DNA of 64,000 nucleotides, filler included, from an uncultured bacterium (GTDB lineage Bacteria; Auribacterota; CAZIXI01): NCBI GenBank assembly GCA_964543115.1. It is 5 parts of 5 records of this genome, joined end to end, with 100 filler letters (N's around TTAATTAATTAA, not from the genome) between each part and the next. Parts side by side here need not be neighbours in the genome. Positions count along the whole stretch, not along the records: positions 40,905 to 53,872 come from CAZIXI010000072.1; 4 more parts are not named here. One strand, 5' to 3'. Shown piece by piece: positions 42,923 to 52,831 of this stretch (position 1 is its first letter; each line of letters starts with the position of its first letter). The notes under the pieces were generated by a model. It saw only the letters and a program-made list of their open reading frames with translations, ran no database searches and was not told where the DNA came from. The position numbers and the translations under genes were made by a program.

Positions 42923-45900
42923 ATGCAGACAAACATCTCAAAAAAACACACAAGCTGGCTAAAACTAATAGTCTTTATATTGGTAATAGTATTGCTGTGC
43001 CAGGATGCGGCGTGGGCCGGCCGAGGTAGAGCAAACAATTTCAAACTTTCTGCCGAATCAGGATTACGACAGGAACGTTTAAGAAGACATTTCCAGGCGA
43101 GATATCTGAAGAGATTAGAGGCGAGAATGTTTCAGGAAGATTATCCGGAAGAATTAATTGCCGAGTATCAGTCTGCGGCAAAAAAATGGGAGCTAGCACT
43201 AAAGAAGTCTGGCAGAAGAGATAAGAGGAAGAATTTCAAGATAGCTGTGAATGTCTATAATGATGCGGCAAGTTTGAATACTCTTCTGGAAAGTATTTAT
43301 GAGGAGTTGAATGTTTTTGCTTATGGAAAAGGAGTAGAAGTATGTGTTGTTGAACATAGTGATGATCCCGAAGAAAGAAAATTAAATGAAAAGGCAGTTG
43401 CGTATTGGAATAAAAGGATCGGGGAACTAGGGCGGGAAGATTGGCGGTTCCGGTATGTTTCCCTGGCGGAACAGTTAAAGGTAGTCAGGGAGGTAGAACA
43501 GGCTAGCGGTATAAATGTGGCAGAGAAATATGTCTATTGCTCTGGTGAGGTGCGGCAGCCGGAAGATCTTGCCGGAACTGGATTTTGCGGCAGTATGAAT
43601 GCGGCTTTATTGTGGCTGCAGACAGAAGTGGATCCGGAAGATAAAAATACACTGGTTATGTTTTTCGATCAGGATGTGGAAATCGGTGCTTTGCTTAGAG
43701 GGGATAACGGAAAGAGAAAACGGAAGATTGTTCATACATTTCATTATTTAAGCAGGGCCTTTGACAATCCCGAAGTTAATATTCTTGCCTCGGCCCTTAA
43801 TGGTGACTTGGCAAATTCTTTTCGTGGCTTAAAAGAATTTTTCATGTCTTTTAGGGCATTCCTCCAAATGGCGATAGAAGGAGAGAGATTAGTTGATGCG
43901 CGAAGGTTATGGCAGAAGGGCTATCAAATGGAAGGAGATCTGCCGGTGCTGTCGTGGCAGGATATATTTCGGAGGATGTTTGGGGAGCTGGAGAATGTAA
44001 AAAGAGGTAAGATTAGTATTGTCAGGAAATTGCATAAAGGAGAAGCCACCATTTTGGGTCGCGGAAAACGTTCGCCCTTTGGAACGGGCTTTGTTATTAG
44101 GTCTGGTCTTTTAGCATTGGCTCCTGTTGTAAATGTGCCTTTGGGCGGAGATCTCTATTATGAGTATTTTTTGCGTTATTTTAGAGATAGTATCTGGCAG
44201 ATTAAACTTCCTGTAATTCATAATAGAAATGCCCTAAAAGCTCCATTGCTTACTGCATACCTGCCAACCTATTTAACAGCCAGTGTTGATATAGTGGCGA
44301 TGAAATTGTGGTTTGAGAGAAAGATCGATGGGGCAAGAGAAAGAGGTTTATTGGAATTCTCTGTCGATGAACAAGGTGATGCGGCCAGCAGAATTGAGGA
44401 TGGAGATTCTGTCATGGATATTGTTGTTGATGTTATAACTAGGTTGTTGCTGGCGGAGAGGGAAGCTAAGAAGGTCAGGAATTTATTAGATCATCCAGCT
44501 TTCGCTGAATATGGTGAGGATCTGGTTTGGGCAAGGGAATTTATTGATGAGTTTATTGAACAGGCAGAGGTTTTAGTAAATCAGCAATTTGTTGTCTCAG
44601 CTAGGAGAGCGGTAGATGAATTAAGGGAACAAATACCTGTTTGGCGGGAAAGTTTAGAGCAATGGCATGCGGTTAGTGGAGCGATTCAAAGAAAGAAGAG
44701 ACTCGACCCGGAGACTGCCGGGAAAAACGCGGAAAAGAAAAGGCAGCCTGAAGATCCAAACCGTTCCTGTGGGACGATATGTGAATCCGGGCATGAAGAG
44801 CTGGATAAACAGCTGGAGAGGCAATATATTGGTTTAAATGGGATATTGGGGCAAGAGGAACTTAAAGAGATAACAGAGAGGAAAGAGCCTGGAGTTGTAA
44901 CTGGCGCGGAAATTAAGATTTGTAATTCCGCAGCATTAATGGAAGATATGTCGGATATTGCGGTTGAGTATTTAATTAGGAGCATAATCAATATAAGGAA
45001 TACGGCATTTAAGAATATAGAAAAGACCACTTACGATGAATATAAAGATATTTGTTATCGGGCCCTTAGGGAAGGCAGGGTGATTTTGGCAGTAGAGGGC
45101 GGCAAGCTTATCGGGTGTTTGTTTTATAAAATAATTGACTTTGGCAGTGAGCGTGATGCCTATCTAGATAATAATGCTATTGTGTCCGCTGCACAGGGTA
45201 ATGGTGTAGGAACTGCTCTTTTAGATCAGGTATTTAAAGCTTTAGCTGAAAAAGGAATAGGAGAGGTTAAGTTCAGAGCGGAAAAAGAGGTGGTGGGATT
45301 CTATGAAATGTATTTTGCCAGAGGCAATGAATTTGTGGCAGATTTCACCCAGGAACTGCATGCTATCGAAGGTTATTTTGGCGGCACATATCGGTTTGTT
45401 GTTAGATTAAAAGAAAATAAAGATGAGAAATCTAAAGAGAGGCAGTCTCATGTTTCAGCCGGAAAATTTAAAGGAAAAGATCTGATTGAAAAAGAGGCAG
45501 ATGAGGCGTTGGTGGAATATCTGGGCGGGGAGGTTACGCTTGAGCAATTACAGGAATTCCGCGAAAGGATAAAAGAGGCGGAAGAGGCATTTGGGGAGAT
45601 AGGTGTGTTTTTCTTTGTGCCGGAAACAGGGACGGAATTATTCTGGATTGATGATGACTATGCCGGCGGGCATCGTAACCGGGCAGGCACCAGGATCCAT
45701 GTGTCATTACCGGTTATCCTGAAACGCGGCATCGAAGCAGGTATAGCTATCGCCAGGCATGAATTGGCGCATATACAGAGTAATGAACATGCCGATGATG
45801 AGGGGTTGGTGTTAGTGAGAAGGATAGCGGAAGAAGAAAAGCCTAAGGCGCTGGCCGCGCAGCACAAATTTGAATATGAAACGGAAACAAGGAAATTACG

Positions 45901-48900
45901 GGATGGTTCATGCTTGGAGATTGTCCGGGGAACGATGGGAGGTTTTCCCGCCCTGGCTATCGGTGGAGAAGGAGGAGAAAGGAAGAGGGGGAAGAAGGGT
46001 AGAGAAAGAGGATTTAATTTTCTTCCGGATGATAGAAGATTCACTATAGTTAGATGCTGGGATAGGGAGAGAACACCTCTGGGATATTATATAGTTTATC
46101 CCGATAAATTAGGACAAAGGTCTATGCGTTCAGCAAAAAGAACAAGGAAAGGCGTTATTCTGCCGAAAGAATATGAACGTATGTTGTCTGCAGAAAGGCA
46201 ATGTATTCCTGAGGCAAGTAGAATGGAAAAAGCATTTAATGAAAAGAGCTTTGCTAAGCCCCATGTTTTACTTGCGGGAGCGCTATATCAGGTTCATTTT
46301 TCTGTGAATAGGGAGGCACCGCTAAATGCTTTTTTTGCTGCTAAGGAAAGACTGGAGCAATTAGGGGAAATCAGGGAAGGTGTTCTTGAAGCGGCGTTAA
46401 GAGATTTTGACTATCCTGTGAAGTATTTTGCCTGTTTTTCTCGCTTATATATGCATTATTATAATAAAAAATTAAATCTTGCCAAATGTTATAGTCAGCT
46501 CAGAAGCAGTGGGAAGACGCCTTTGTCAGCTTTGTTGGCATTATATGAAAGAGCGAAAAATGTAGATAAAGATTTTGATTCATTAACTACAAAGTCTTTA
46601 GCAGAAACGCTGTATTCTCTCGGAGCGCTTAAAAATGCAGCTTTGCTGGACAGGCATGGTAGGCTTTATCTCCATTGGAAAGACAATGCTGTTGATCTAG
46701 AAAAAGAATATAATCCTGAAGTGCATGATGAAGGGCGGTTTTTGTCTTTATTGGAAAAGCTAAAAAGAATTGGTTTACCCAGTGAAAAGTATAAAGGTTC
46801 TGTAGAAGATTGCCTGACAAAGATTTTGCGGGCATTAGGAAAGCCTGTAAAAGATGCTAAAGAAAGAAAAAAGCCGCCTCCGCCTCAGGTGGAAAGTGTT
46901 AAAGGATCTTATTTTATTAGATCATGTAAGTTTGAATATGAAAGACGGCCGGTAAAATTACAAGATGGTTCACAGTTGGAAATAATTGAGGGTCAGCTAG
47001 GGGCCTTTCCTGCCTTAAAAATAGAAGGCAGGAAAGGGGCCGGGAAGACAAGAACATTTGATTTTCTTCCCAGAGATACGCGTTTTATTGTAGTTAAATG
47101 CTGGAGTAAGTTCGGTGAACCCCTGGCGCATTTTACTGTTTATCCAGATGGATCGGGTCAGAAATATATGCGTATCGCAAAAAGAGCAAGAGCAGGAATA
47201 GCTTTTCCCCAGGAATTTGAAGATATGCTGAATCTCGAGAAAGAGGCTGTATCCGAAAGCAATATAAAACAGGATAGAAGTTTTAACCCTAATGGTTTCA
47301 GGCAGGCGCATGGCCTGTTGGGCGGGAGTATATATCAAATCTATTTATCGTTAAATCCGCATACACAGCTGAGGGCGTTTATGCAAACGAAAAGAGAATT
47401 AGATAGACTAGGGGAAATTAAGGCAGGCTATTTGCAGGATGTGCTCGATAAAAGATTTAACTATAGTGTGCCTTTTATTGCTAGTGCCTTCAAGTTGTAT
47501 CAGCACTATAATAATTTGTCTAAGGGGCTGGATCTGCCGAAGCGTTATGGTGCGCTTCTGCAAAGCGGCAGGCAGCCGTTGCTGGCATTTATTGCATTAT
47601 TAGAGGAAGCAAGAGAGCTGGATGGTAATTATAAATATTTAAACGATGGCAATCTCGAAGCAGTGCTTAATGGTTTCGGCTACCGTGTAGTGCGTTTTAA
47701 CAGTTATTATAAGATACTCAAGCACTATCTTTCACTGGCTAAGCCTTTAAATATTCCAGAACGTTTTGGGGAATTGCTAGCTGATGGGGTGAAGCCATTA
47801 TTTGCTTTTTTGCGGATAATGGAGGAAATAGAAGGAAAGGACAGTGGTTTCAAACTAGCTATGAAGGAAGCGAATATTGAAGGACTTTTGGTTAGTTTTG
47901 GCTATAGTGTAAATATGATTAGTACTCAATGTAAAATTTATACACATTGGAAGGATCACGGTGTTGATTTGGAAGAAGAATATATTAGCAGCGAATATGA
48001 TGAGACTTTATTTAATGCCCTATTGACAAAAGTAGATAAAATAGGACTGCCGAAGGGGAAATATACATTGCTAATAAGCAGTTATCTTAAGTACATATTA
48101 AGATTCTTAGGTAAGATTGAAGAAAGATCTAATGATATTTCTGACCTGACGAAAGTTCCGCAAATCGCCTCTTCTGGTAATGTCTTTGGTTTGGGGGCGG
48201 ATGATATCGAGACATTGAGAGAAATATCAGCTCATATTGGTGAGAAAAGATATATTCGTTTATTGGAATTGTTAGATGAAGGAGATGAGATTAGTTTGGC
48301 AGATCGAGAAGAGCTAGAACTTCTTTTGGCGGAAGTGAGGGAGCAATTAGATATTTCTAGTGGACCAACCGCTGAAGATTCGGAAGCTGATGTTTTGGGG
48401 ATTGATGAAGATACATTAAGGCAGGCATTCGCGGGAGTAGAAATAGATTTAGCGCTAAGAAATAAATTCTTAAAACTCCTAAAGCAGCATGGCAGCGTAA
48501 CCAGTGATGATAAAAGATTATATATAAAAAGAGGGGGTGTTTTTAGAAAATTTGTGTATTGGATAATGTATATTGCTCCTCTACAGGAAGAAAAAAGAAT
48601 GGCAGCCGTTAAGCGGATTGTCTTATATTTAGCTAGAGGAAATATCGGGCAGGGAGAAGAGGTAGGATCAAGAGAAGAAATTCTTGCCCTCGCCCAAAAG
48701 GAAAGACGTGAATGGTTTATAGACGAAACATATGTGGATGTATTGAGAAAAATAATAAGTTTTCTGGAAAAAGATCCAGAGGAACGCACAGCTGCGCTTA
48801 GGCAAAGGTTGACGGGATTGCGGGAGTTGCGGAAAAAGATAGACGAAGAAGCTTACCCGGATATTATCATGTTTGGCGATAAACACGGGCAGGCGGAGGA

Positions 48901-51742
48901 TTTAGAAAGGATATTGCGTAAAGCGCGGCAGGCAGCTGCTGGCAGCGGCAGGCGGTTAAGTATTATCGGGCACGGAGATTATTTTGATCGAGGAACTAAT
49001 AACAGGAAAAACTGGGAGATATTAAAGGAGCTAAAGGCAATAGGAGATGCTAGTGACAATGTTTCAGTAACCCTTTTGTTGGGTAATCATGATATCTGGA
49101 TGATACAGGCTATGTTATTAGAGGATAAAAAGGCAGGAGGGAATTGGCGGCGCCATGGGGGGGGAGAGACATTGGCGGAATTAGGTGAGGATAGAGTCAG
49201 GGAATTGGCGGTGTGGTTATTTCGTAATTGTAAATTGTTTCATGTTGATGAACTTGGATTTTTGCATGTACATGCCGGTCTTTTCATAGATGGAAATGGA
49301 GATCCCCGAGTGACAAAAGAGTGTTTAGTGGATTGTCGGGAGAGTTGGGGTAGAATCATGACAGAGTTAGGGGATTTTTCTGTTATGGATTTTTATGTCA
49401 ATGCGGGAAAGATTGCCACCTATTTCTCTGCTTATGCAGAAATGTATTGGGCTGCTAGCTGGCTGGAGGAGCTGTGGGATGAGTCAGGGGAGGAAGAGAT
49501 TATAATAGATAGAGATAATAAAGAGAGATTGTTTGAAGTTATTAGAGAGGAATATAGAAAAAGTCTTCAAGCTGACGGTACTCCAGTAGCGGAAGAAGAG
49601 GCAGAACAATTCGTGCAAAGGGGCTGGAAAGCAAGTTTAATTTATTATCCGGATAAATATAGGGACCGCCATGGGATAACATTTTTTAACCGGCAGGCAG
49701 TATACAAAGCTAAATTAGACAATTTTTTTGGTCAATTAGGGATTAATGGGGTGGTGTTTGGGCATGTGTCTATGAAAACTATGCAGAGTTTTGGAGATTG
49801 GCTATTTTGCGTTAATGTATTTGAGGGCGATGAAGGGCATATGGTATTTGCTGATAAGGGAATAAGGTTTAGTTCTGTGGCCAGAGAAGGGGAAGAGATG
49901 ATTGCCGGCAAAGATGAAATTCTTAAGCGGATAGATGCGGATATTGGCAGACTGGAAGCTCAGCTTGGAGAAAGAGAAACCCCGTTTTCTGATGGTATTG
50001 GCAGGGATATGCAGTATGGCATAGATCAACATAACCGCATTACAGTAAAGAAAAAGGATAAAGTTTTGGCAGAAGATCTTCCGACACGTCCAGCTGTGGC
50101 GGGAGATGGCATAGATAGAAAGCGGATTTTGGATTTAGCCCGGTCGTTAAATTTAGCTAAATTTGATGAGATTAGATGGAGTTTTGCGGAAAAACTTAGG
50201 AATCTAAAAGTTATGGTTTTTGAGGGGACTAATAAATCCCGTGCGGAAGGGGTATTTGGCTGTGTGCATCTGGACAGTAAGGGAGATTTTGTTCTTTATC
50301 TGGACAGTTTATTGCTTGGTGAAGATATGCTGATAATTCATGAATTGCTTCATGCAGTTTTGTTTGATGAGTATGGGGAAGATGTTAGCGCATTGAAACG
50401 GGCAATTCGGGCGAATATGGATATTGATTTAGTGACTATGGCCTTGTATAAGGCTGGGGACGATGCCAAAAACCTGCGGCATAGTTATGCGCGTTATTGC
50501 CTGCAGAACAATAAGGATGGGGCGTATGCCGGATCGCCAAACGAAAGTTTTAGCAGAAAAATATTTGCTGCTAAAAGAATAGCTCAATTACAGGAATATA
50601 AAAGAAAGATAGTGGCAGGGGATTATGTGAATATTCTATCGTTTGGAGATAAGCATGGGCAATCAGAGGATCTGGAAAGGATTCTAGAGACTGCAAAAGA
50701 GGCGGCAAAAAACGGCTGGGCATTAAATATTATCGGCCATGGAGATTATTTTGATCGGGGTATAAATAATTTAAGGAATTGGCAGATATTAAGGCAGTTA
50801 AAGGTCATTAGGGATTCAGCCGATAATAATGTCTCTGTAACGCTTTTATTAGGTACCCATGATGTAATGATAATCCGGGCGCTGGTGTTTGAGAATGAAA
50901 GTGTGAGGCGTAGGTGGCTGATGCCAATTAACGGCGGGAACAGGACATTTGCCGAATTAGGTGAGGAAAGAGCAAAGGAGCTGGCGGCGTGGTTATGGCA
51001 GAACTGTGAATTGTTTCATATTGATGAACTGGGGTATTTGCATGTGCATGCGGGTATTCCCATGCATAAAGATGGAACGCCAAAGATTACCAGAAGGCAT
51101 TTAGATTCATATGAAAAGGGATCGGAAGAATTTTTACTTTATCGGGAGTTATTTTGTTCAACCAACTGGTATGAGCCGGCGTTAAGGCCCCTGCGGCAAG
51201 GACGCGTAATAATAGATGAAGAAGACAAAGATAGATTGTTTGAGCTCCTTTATTGGGACTTTAAGAGTCTTCCCCTGCCTTGTATGCTTGATGGGAAAGG
51301 AAGGGCCGTTGAGGTGAAAATAAGGCAATGGATAGAGCAAAATTGGGAAGATGAATTAATAAACAGAGAGGAGTATTTTAGGCTGCTAGGTATTGTTTTT
51401 TATCGGCGTATGGGGATGGATAAAAAAATATTGGATAAATATCTGGCCAAGCTGGGAATTAATGGAATTATTTTTGGCCACATACATGCGCAATGCCTGC
51501 GCAGTTATGGTGACAGGATATTTTGCATTGATGTGCTTGGCGGTGAAGATGGACATTTAATCTTTAATCCCGAAGGGATTGTATTCCGCCCGCTAGCGCG
51601 GGAGGGGACAAAATTGATTCTAACTGATGATGAAATGATTGAAAACATAGATGCAGAAATCAGAAGAGTAAGGGAAGGGTCAGTTGGTCCAGCTGTTTCT
51701 ATTGGGGAAGAATTTGAAAGCCAGTTTGGGGAAGCAGTATAA
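42923..51742 (+). CDS. Giant (2939 aa) signal-peptide multi-enzyme protein: GT-A glycosyltransferase-like, GNAT, HExxH, duplicated unknown domain, two PPP-family metallophosphoesterases and a second HExxH
   Basis: Signal WLKLIVFILVIVLLCQDAAWA then LSAES. GT2-like VNVYNDA...FFDQDV; GNAT AQGNGVGTALL; RHELAH (45758-45772) and IHELLH; two sets of GDKHG / GDYFDRG / G(N/T)HD / HAG / FGH. Confidence 0.85.
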   Translation: MQTNISKKHTSWLKLIVFILVIVLLCQDAAWAGRGRANNFKLSAESGLRQERLRRHFQARYLKRLEARMFQEDYPEELIAEYQSAAKKWELALKKSGRRDKRKNFKIAVNVYNDAASLNTLLESIYEELNVFAYGKGVEVCVVEHSDDPEERKLNEKAVAYWNKRIGELGREDWRFRYVSLAEQLKVVREVEQASGINVAEKYVYCSGEVRQPEDLAGTGFCGSMNAALLWLQTEVDPEDKNTLVMFFDQDVEIGALLRGDNGKRKRKIVHTFHYLSRAFDNPEVNILASALNGDLANSFRGLKEFFMSFRAFLQMAIEGERLVDARRLWQKGYQMEGDLPVLSWQDIFRRMFGELENVKRGKISIVRKLHKGEATILGRGKRSPFGTGFVIRSGLLALAPVVNVPLGGDLYYEYFLRYFRDSIWQIKLPVIHNRNALKAPLLTAYLPTYLTASVDIVAMKLWFERKIDGARERGLLEFSVDEQGDAASRIEDGDSVMDIVVDVITRLLLAEREAKKVRNLLDHPAFAEYGEDLVWAREFIDEFIEQAEVLVNQQFVVSARRAVDELREQIPVWRESLEQWHAVSGAIQRKKRLDPETAGKNAEKKRQPEDPNRSCGTICESGHEELDKQLERQYIGLNGILGQEELKEITERKEPGVVTGAEIKICNSAALMEDMSDIAVEYLIRSIINIRNTAFKNIEKTTYDEYKDICYRALREGRVILAVEGGKLIGCLFYKIIDFGSERDAYLDNNAIVSAAQGNGVGTALLDQVFKALAEKGIGEVKFRAEKEVVGFYEMYFARGNEFVADFTQELHAIEGYFGGTYRFVVRLKENKDEKSKERQSHVSAGKFKGKDLIEKEADEALVEYLGGEVTLEQLQEFRERIKEAEEAFGEIGVFFFVPETGTELFWIDDDYAGGHRNRAGTRIHVSLPVILKRGIEAGIAIARHELAHIQSNEHADDEGLVLVRRIAEEEKPKALAAQHKFEYETETRKLRDGSCLEIVRGTMGGFPALAIGGEGGERKRGKKGRERGFNFLPDDRRFTIVRCWDRERTPLGYYIVYPDKLGQRSMRSAKRTRKGVILPKEYERMLSAERQCIPEASRMEKAFNEKSFAKPHVLLAGALYQVHFSVNREAPLNAFFAAKERLEQLGEIREGVLEAALRDFDYPVKYFACFSRLYMHYYNKKLNLAKCYSQLRSSGKTPLSALLALYERAKNVDKDFDSLTTKSLAETLYSLGALKNAALLDRHGRLYLHWKDNAVDLEKEYNPEVHDEGRFLSLLEKLKRIGLPSEKYKGSVEDCLTKILRALGKPVKDAKERKKPPPPQVESVKGSYFIRSCKFEYERRPVKLQDGSQLEIIEGQLGAFPALKIEGRKGAGKTRTFDFLPRDTRFIVVKCWSKFGEPLAHFTVYPDGSGQKYMRIAKRARAGIAFPQEFEDMLNLEKEAVSESNIKQDRSFNPNGFRQAHGLLGGSIYQIYLSLNPHTQLRAFMQTKRELDRLGEIKAGYLQDVLDKRFNYSVPFIASAFKLYQHYNNLSKGLDLPKRYGALLQSGRQPLLAFIALLEEARELDGNYKYLNDGNLEAVLNGFGYRVVRFNSYYKILKHYLSLAKPLNIPERFGELLADGVKPLFAFLRIMEEIEGKDSGFKLAMKEANIEGLLVSFGYSVNMISTQCKIYTHWKDHGVDLEEEYISSEYDETLFNALLTKVDKIGLPKGKYTLLISSYLKYILRFLGKIEERSNDISDLTKVPQIASSGNVFGLGADDIETLREISAHIGEKRYIRLLELLDEGDEISLADREELELLLAEVREQLDISSGPTAEDSEADVLGIDEDTLRQAFAGVEIDLALRNKFLKLLKQHGSVTSDDKRLYIKRGGVFRKFVYWIMYIAPLQEEKRMAAVKRIVLYLARGNIGQGEEVGSREEILALAQKERREWFIDETYVDVLRKIISFLEKDPEERTAALRQRLTGLRELRKKIDEEAYPDIIMFGDKHGQAEDLERILRKARQAAAGSGRRLSIIGHGDYFDRGTNNRKNWEILKELKAIGDASDNVSVTLLLGNHDIWMIQAMLLEDKKAGGNWRRHGGGETLAELGEDRVRELAVWLFRNCKLFHVDELGFLHVHAGLFIDGNGDPRVTKECLVDCRESWGRIMTELGDFSVMDFYVNAGKIATYFSAYAEMYWAASWLEELWDESGEEEIIIDRDNKERLFEVIREEYRKSLQADGTPVAEEEAEQFVQRGWKASLIYYPDKYRDRHGITFFNRQAVYKAKLDNFFGQLGINGVVFGHVSMKTMQSFGDWLFCVNVFEGDEGHMVFADKGIRFSSVAREGEEMIAGKDEILKRIDADIGRLEAQLGERETPFSDGIGRDMQYGIDQHNRITVKKKDKVLAEDLPTRPAVAGDGIDRKRILDLARSLNLAKFDEIRWSFAEKLRNLKVMVFEGTNKSRAEGVFGCVHLDSKGDFVLYLDSLLLGEDMLIIHELLHAVLFDEYGEDVSALKRAIRANMDIDLVTMALYKAGDDAKNLRHSYARYCLQNNKDGAYAGSPNESFSRKIFAAKRIAQLQEYKRKIVAGDYVNILSFGDKHGQSEDLERILETAKEAAKNGWALNIIGHGDYFDRGINNLRNWQILRQLKVIRDSADNNVSVTLLLGTHDVMIIRALVFENESVRRRWLMPINGGNRTFAELGEERAKELAAWLWQNCELFHIDELGYLHVHAGIPMHKDGTPKITRRHLDSYEKGSEEFLLYRELFCSTNWYEPALRPLRQGRVIIDEEDKDRLFELLYWDFKSLPLPCMLDGKGRAVEVKIRQWIEQNWEDELINREEYFRLLGIVFYRRMGMDKKILDKYLAKLGINGIIFGHIHAQCLRSYGDRIFCIDVLGGEDGHLIFNPEGIVFRPLAREGTKLILTDDEMIENIDAEIRRVREGSVGPAVSIGEEFESQFGEAV

Positions 51743-51758
51743 CAGACTATTACCCCTA

Positions 51759-52094
51759 TTATTTGATTATCTCATTAAGTCCTTCAATAATCTTTATAAT
51801 TTCTTCTGGAAGTACACTTGTAATTTTGTTTTTTAGCCTTTTTATGGATAAAGTGCGTATTTGACTTATTTTAACCCATGATTTTTTTGGCAAATGTGAA
51901 TTATCCAATTCCAAACTGAGGGGGAATTCTGCTTTTTGCGGCTGACTTGTAATGGCCATAGCAATTACAGTGCCCGACCTTTTGTTGAAGACGTCATGGC
52001 TGAGAATAAGAACAGGTCGTAAGCCGGCCTGCTCATGACCAATAACTGGATTCAGATCCGCCCAAAAAATATCGCCTCTTAATATTCTGGCCAT
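51759..52094 (-). CDS. mazF: MazF/PemK-family toxin (type II TA)
   Basis: RGDIFWADLNPVIGHEQAGLRPVLILS, ISQIRTLS..RL. Confidence 0.93.
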   Translation of the reverse strand: MARILRGDIFWADLNPVIGHEQAGLRPVLILSHDVFNKRSGTVIAMAITSQPQKAEFPLSLELDNSHLPKKSWVKISQIRTLSIKRLKNKITSVLPEEIIKIIEGLNEIIK

Positions 52095-52321
52095 TCAGAT
52101 GTATCTCCTGAAAATCCCTCTTCTGCGAAAGCCTGCTCATATTTAGGGTTCAATTTTGAACACTCTTTTATTAAGCGTTTATGTTCCAGTCTATTTATCT
52201 TTTCCTGAACGGATTGTTGAAATGCCTTACTCCTGTTGGGAAAGATATGTTTCCTGACAAGATAGTCTATTTTTTTTATTAGGCTGCTATCGATCGATAT
52301 CGCGATCTTTATTGTATTCAT
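52079..52321 (-). CDS. Ribbon-helix-helix antitoxin (CopG/EndoAI-like)
   Basis: KIAISID..L...ID......NRSKAF; overlaps the mazF start. Confidence 0.85.
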   Translation of the reverse strand: MNTIKIAISIDSSLIKKIDYLVRKHIFPNRSKAFQQSVQEKINRLEHKRLIKECSKLNPKYEQAFAEEGFSGDTSEWPEY

Positions 52322-52571
52322 AAAGTCACCTCCAATCCGGTATTACATTTTATCATACCATAGTTCCTGTTATTGGTAAAGTATTATTTTATTTTTCTCC
52401 AGCTAGCAATTACAATATGCACTCCTGAGAACACGCGAAATATTCTTCATAAATCCTGCAATTCTATTTCAAAGATTTGTCAAATCTGCAGAAATTATCG
52501 CTTGTATCATATTGCACCCCAAAGATTAAAGATTTCCTGCCCTTGGCATACTAATTGCTCCTCTATATTAC

Positions 52572-52784
52572 GCTTCGTTCAAGGTTAGCCCTGATGTAAG
52601 TTGGGGTGCACAAAGCTACGGATTCATCAATGTTCTGACAGGCCACGGCAGGAAAAAGGTTTTATGCCAAGGCGCCGACAAGTAAGACCCTTCTTGCCTG
52701 GCCTGCCCAAGCTTCGCTTGGGCTGCTATTATCGGAATGGATATAGACTGCCAGGATATTGATGGACAGCCGGGTTGCCGAAGC
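52572..52784 (+). ncRNA. Cyclic di-GMP-I (GEMM)-like riboswitch with large internal insertion
   Basis: Basal stem GCTTCG/CGAAGC; GNRA-capped hairpin CCTGAT-GTAA-GTTGGG; GCACAAAGCTACGG and GACAGCCGGGTTGCCGAA match GEMM consensus segments; GTTAGC deviates from the usual GYAAAC. Confidence 0.62.
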
Positions 52785-52808
52785 TGGCAGCCCGGCTTTT
52801 CTTTTTTT
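52768..52808 (+). terminator. Intrinsic terminator overlapping the riboswitch 3' strand
   Basis: AGCCGGGTTGCC-gaagct-GGCAGCCCGGCT followed by TTTCTTTTTTT. Confidence 0.8.
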
Positions 52809-52831
52809 GTTGCTTAAAATAGGAGTTAATT

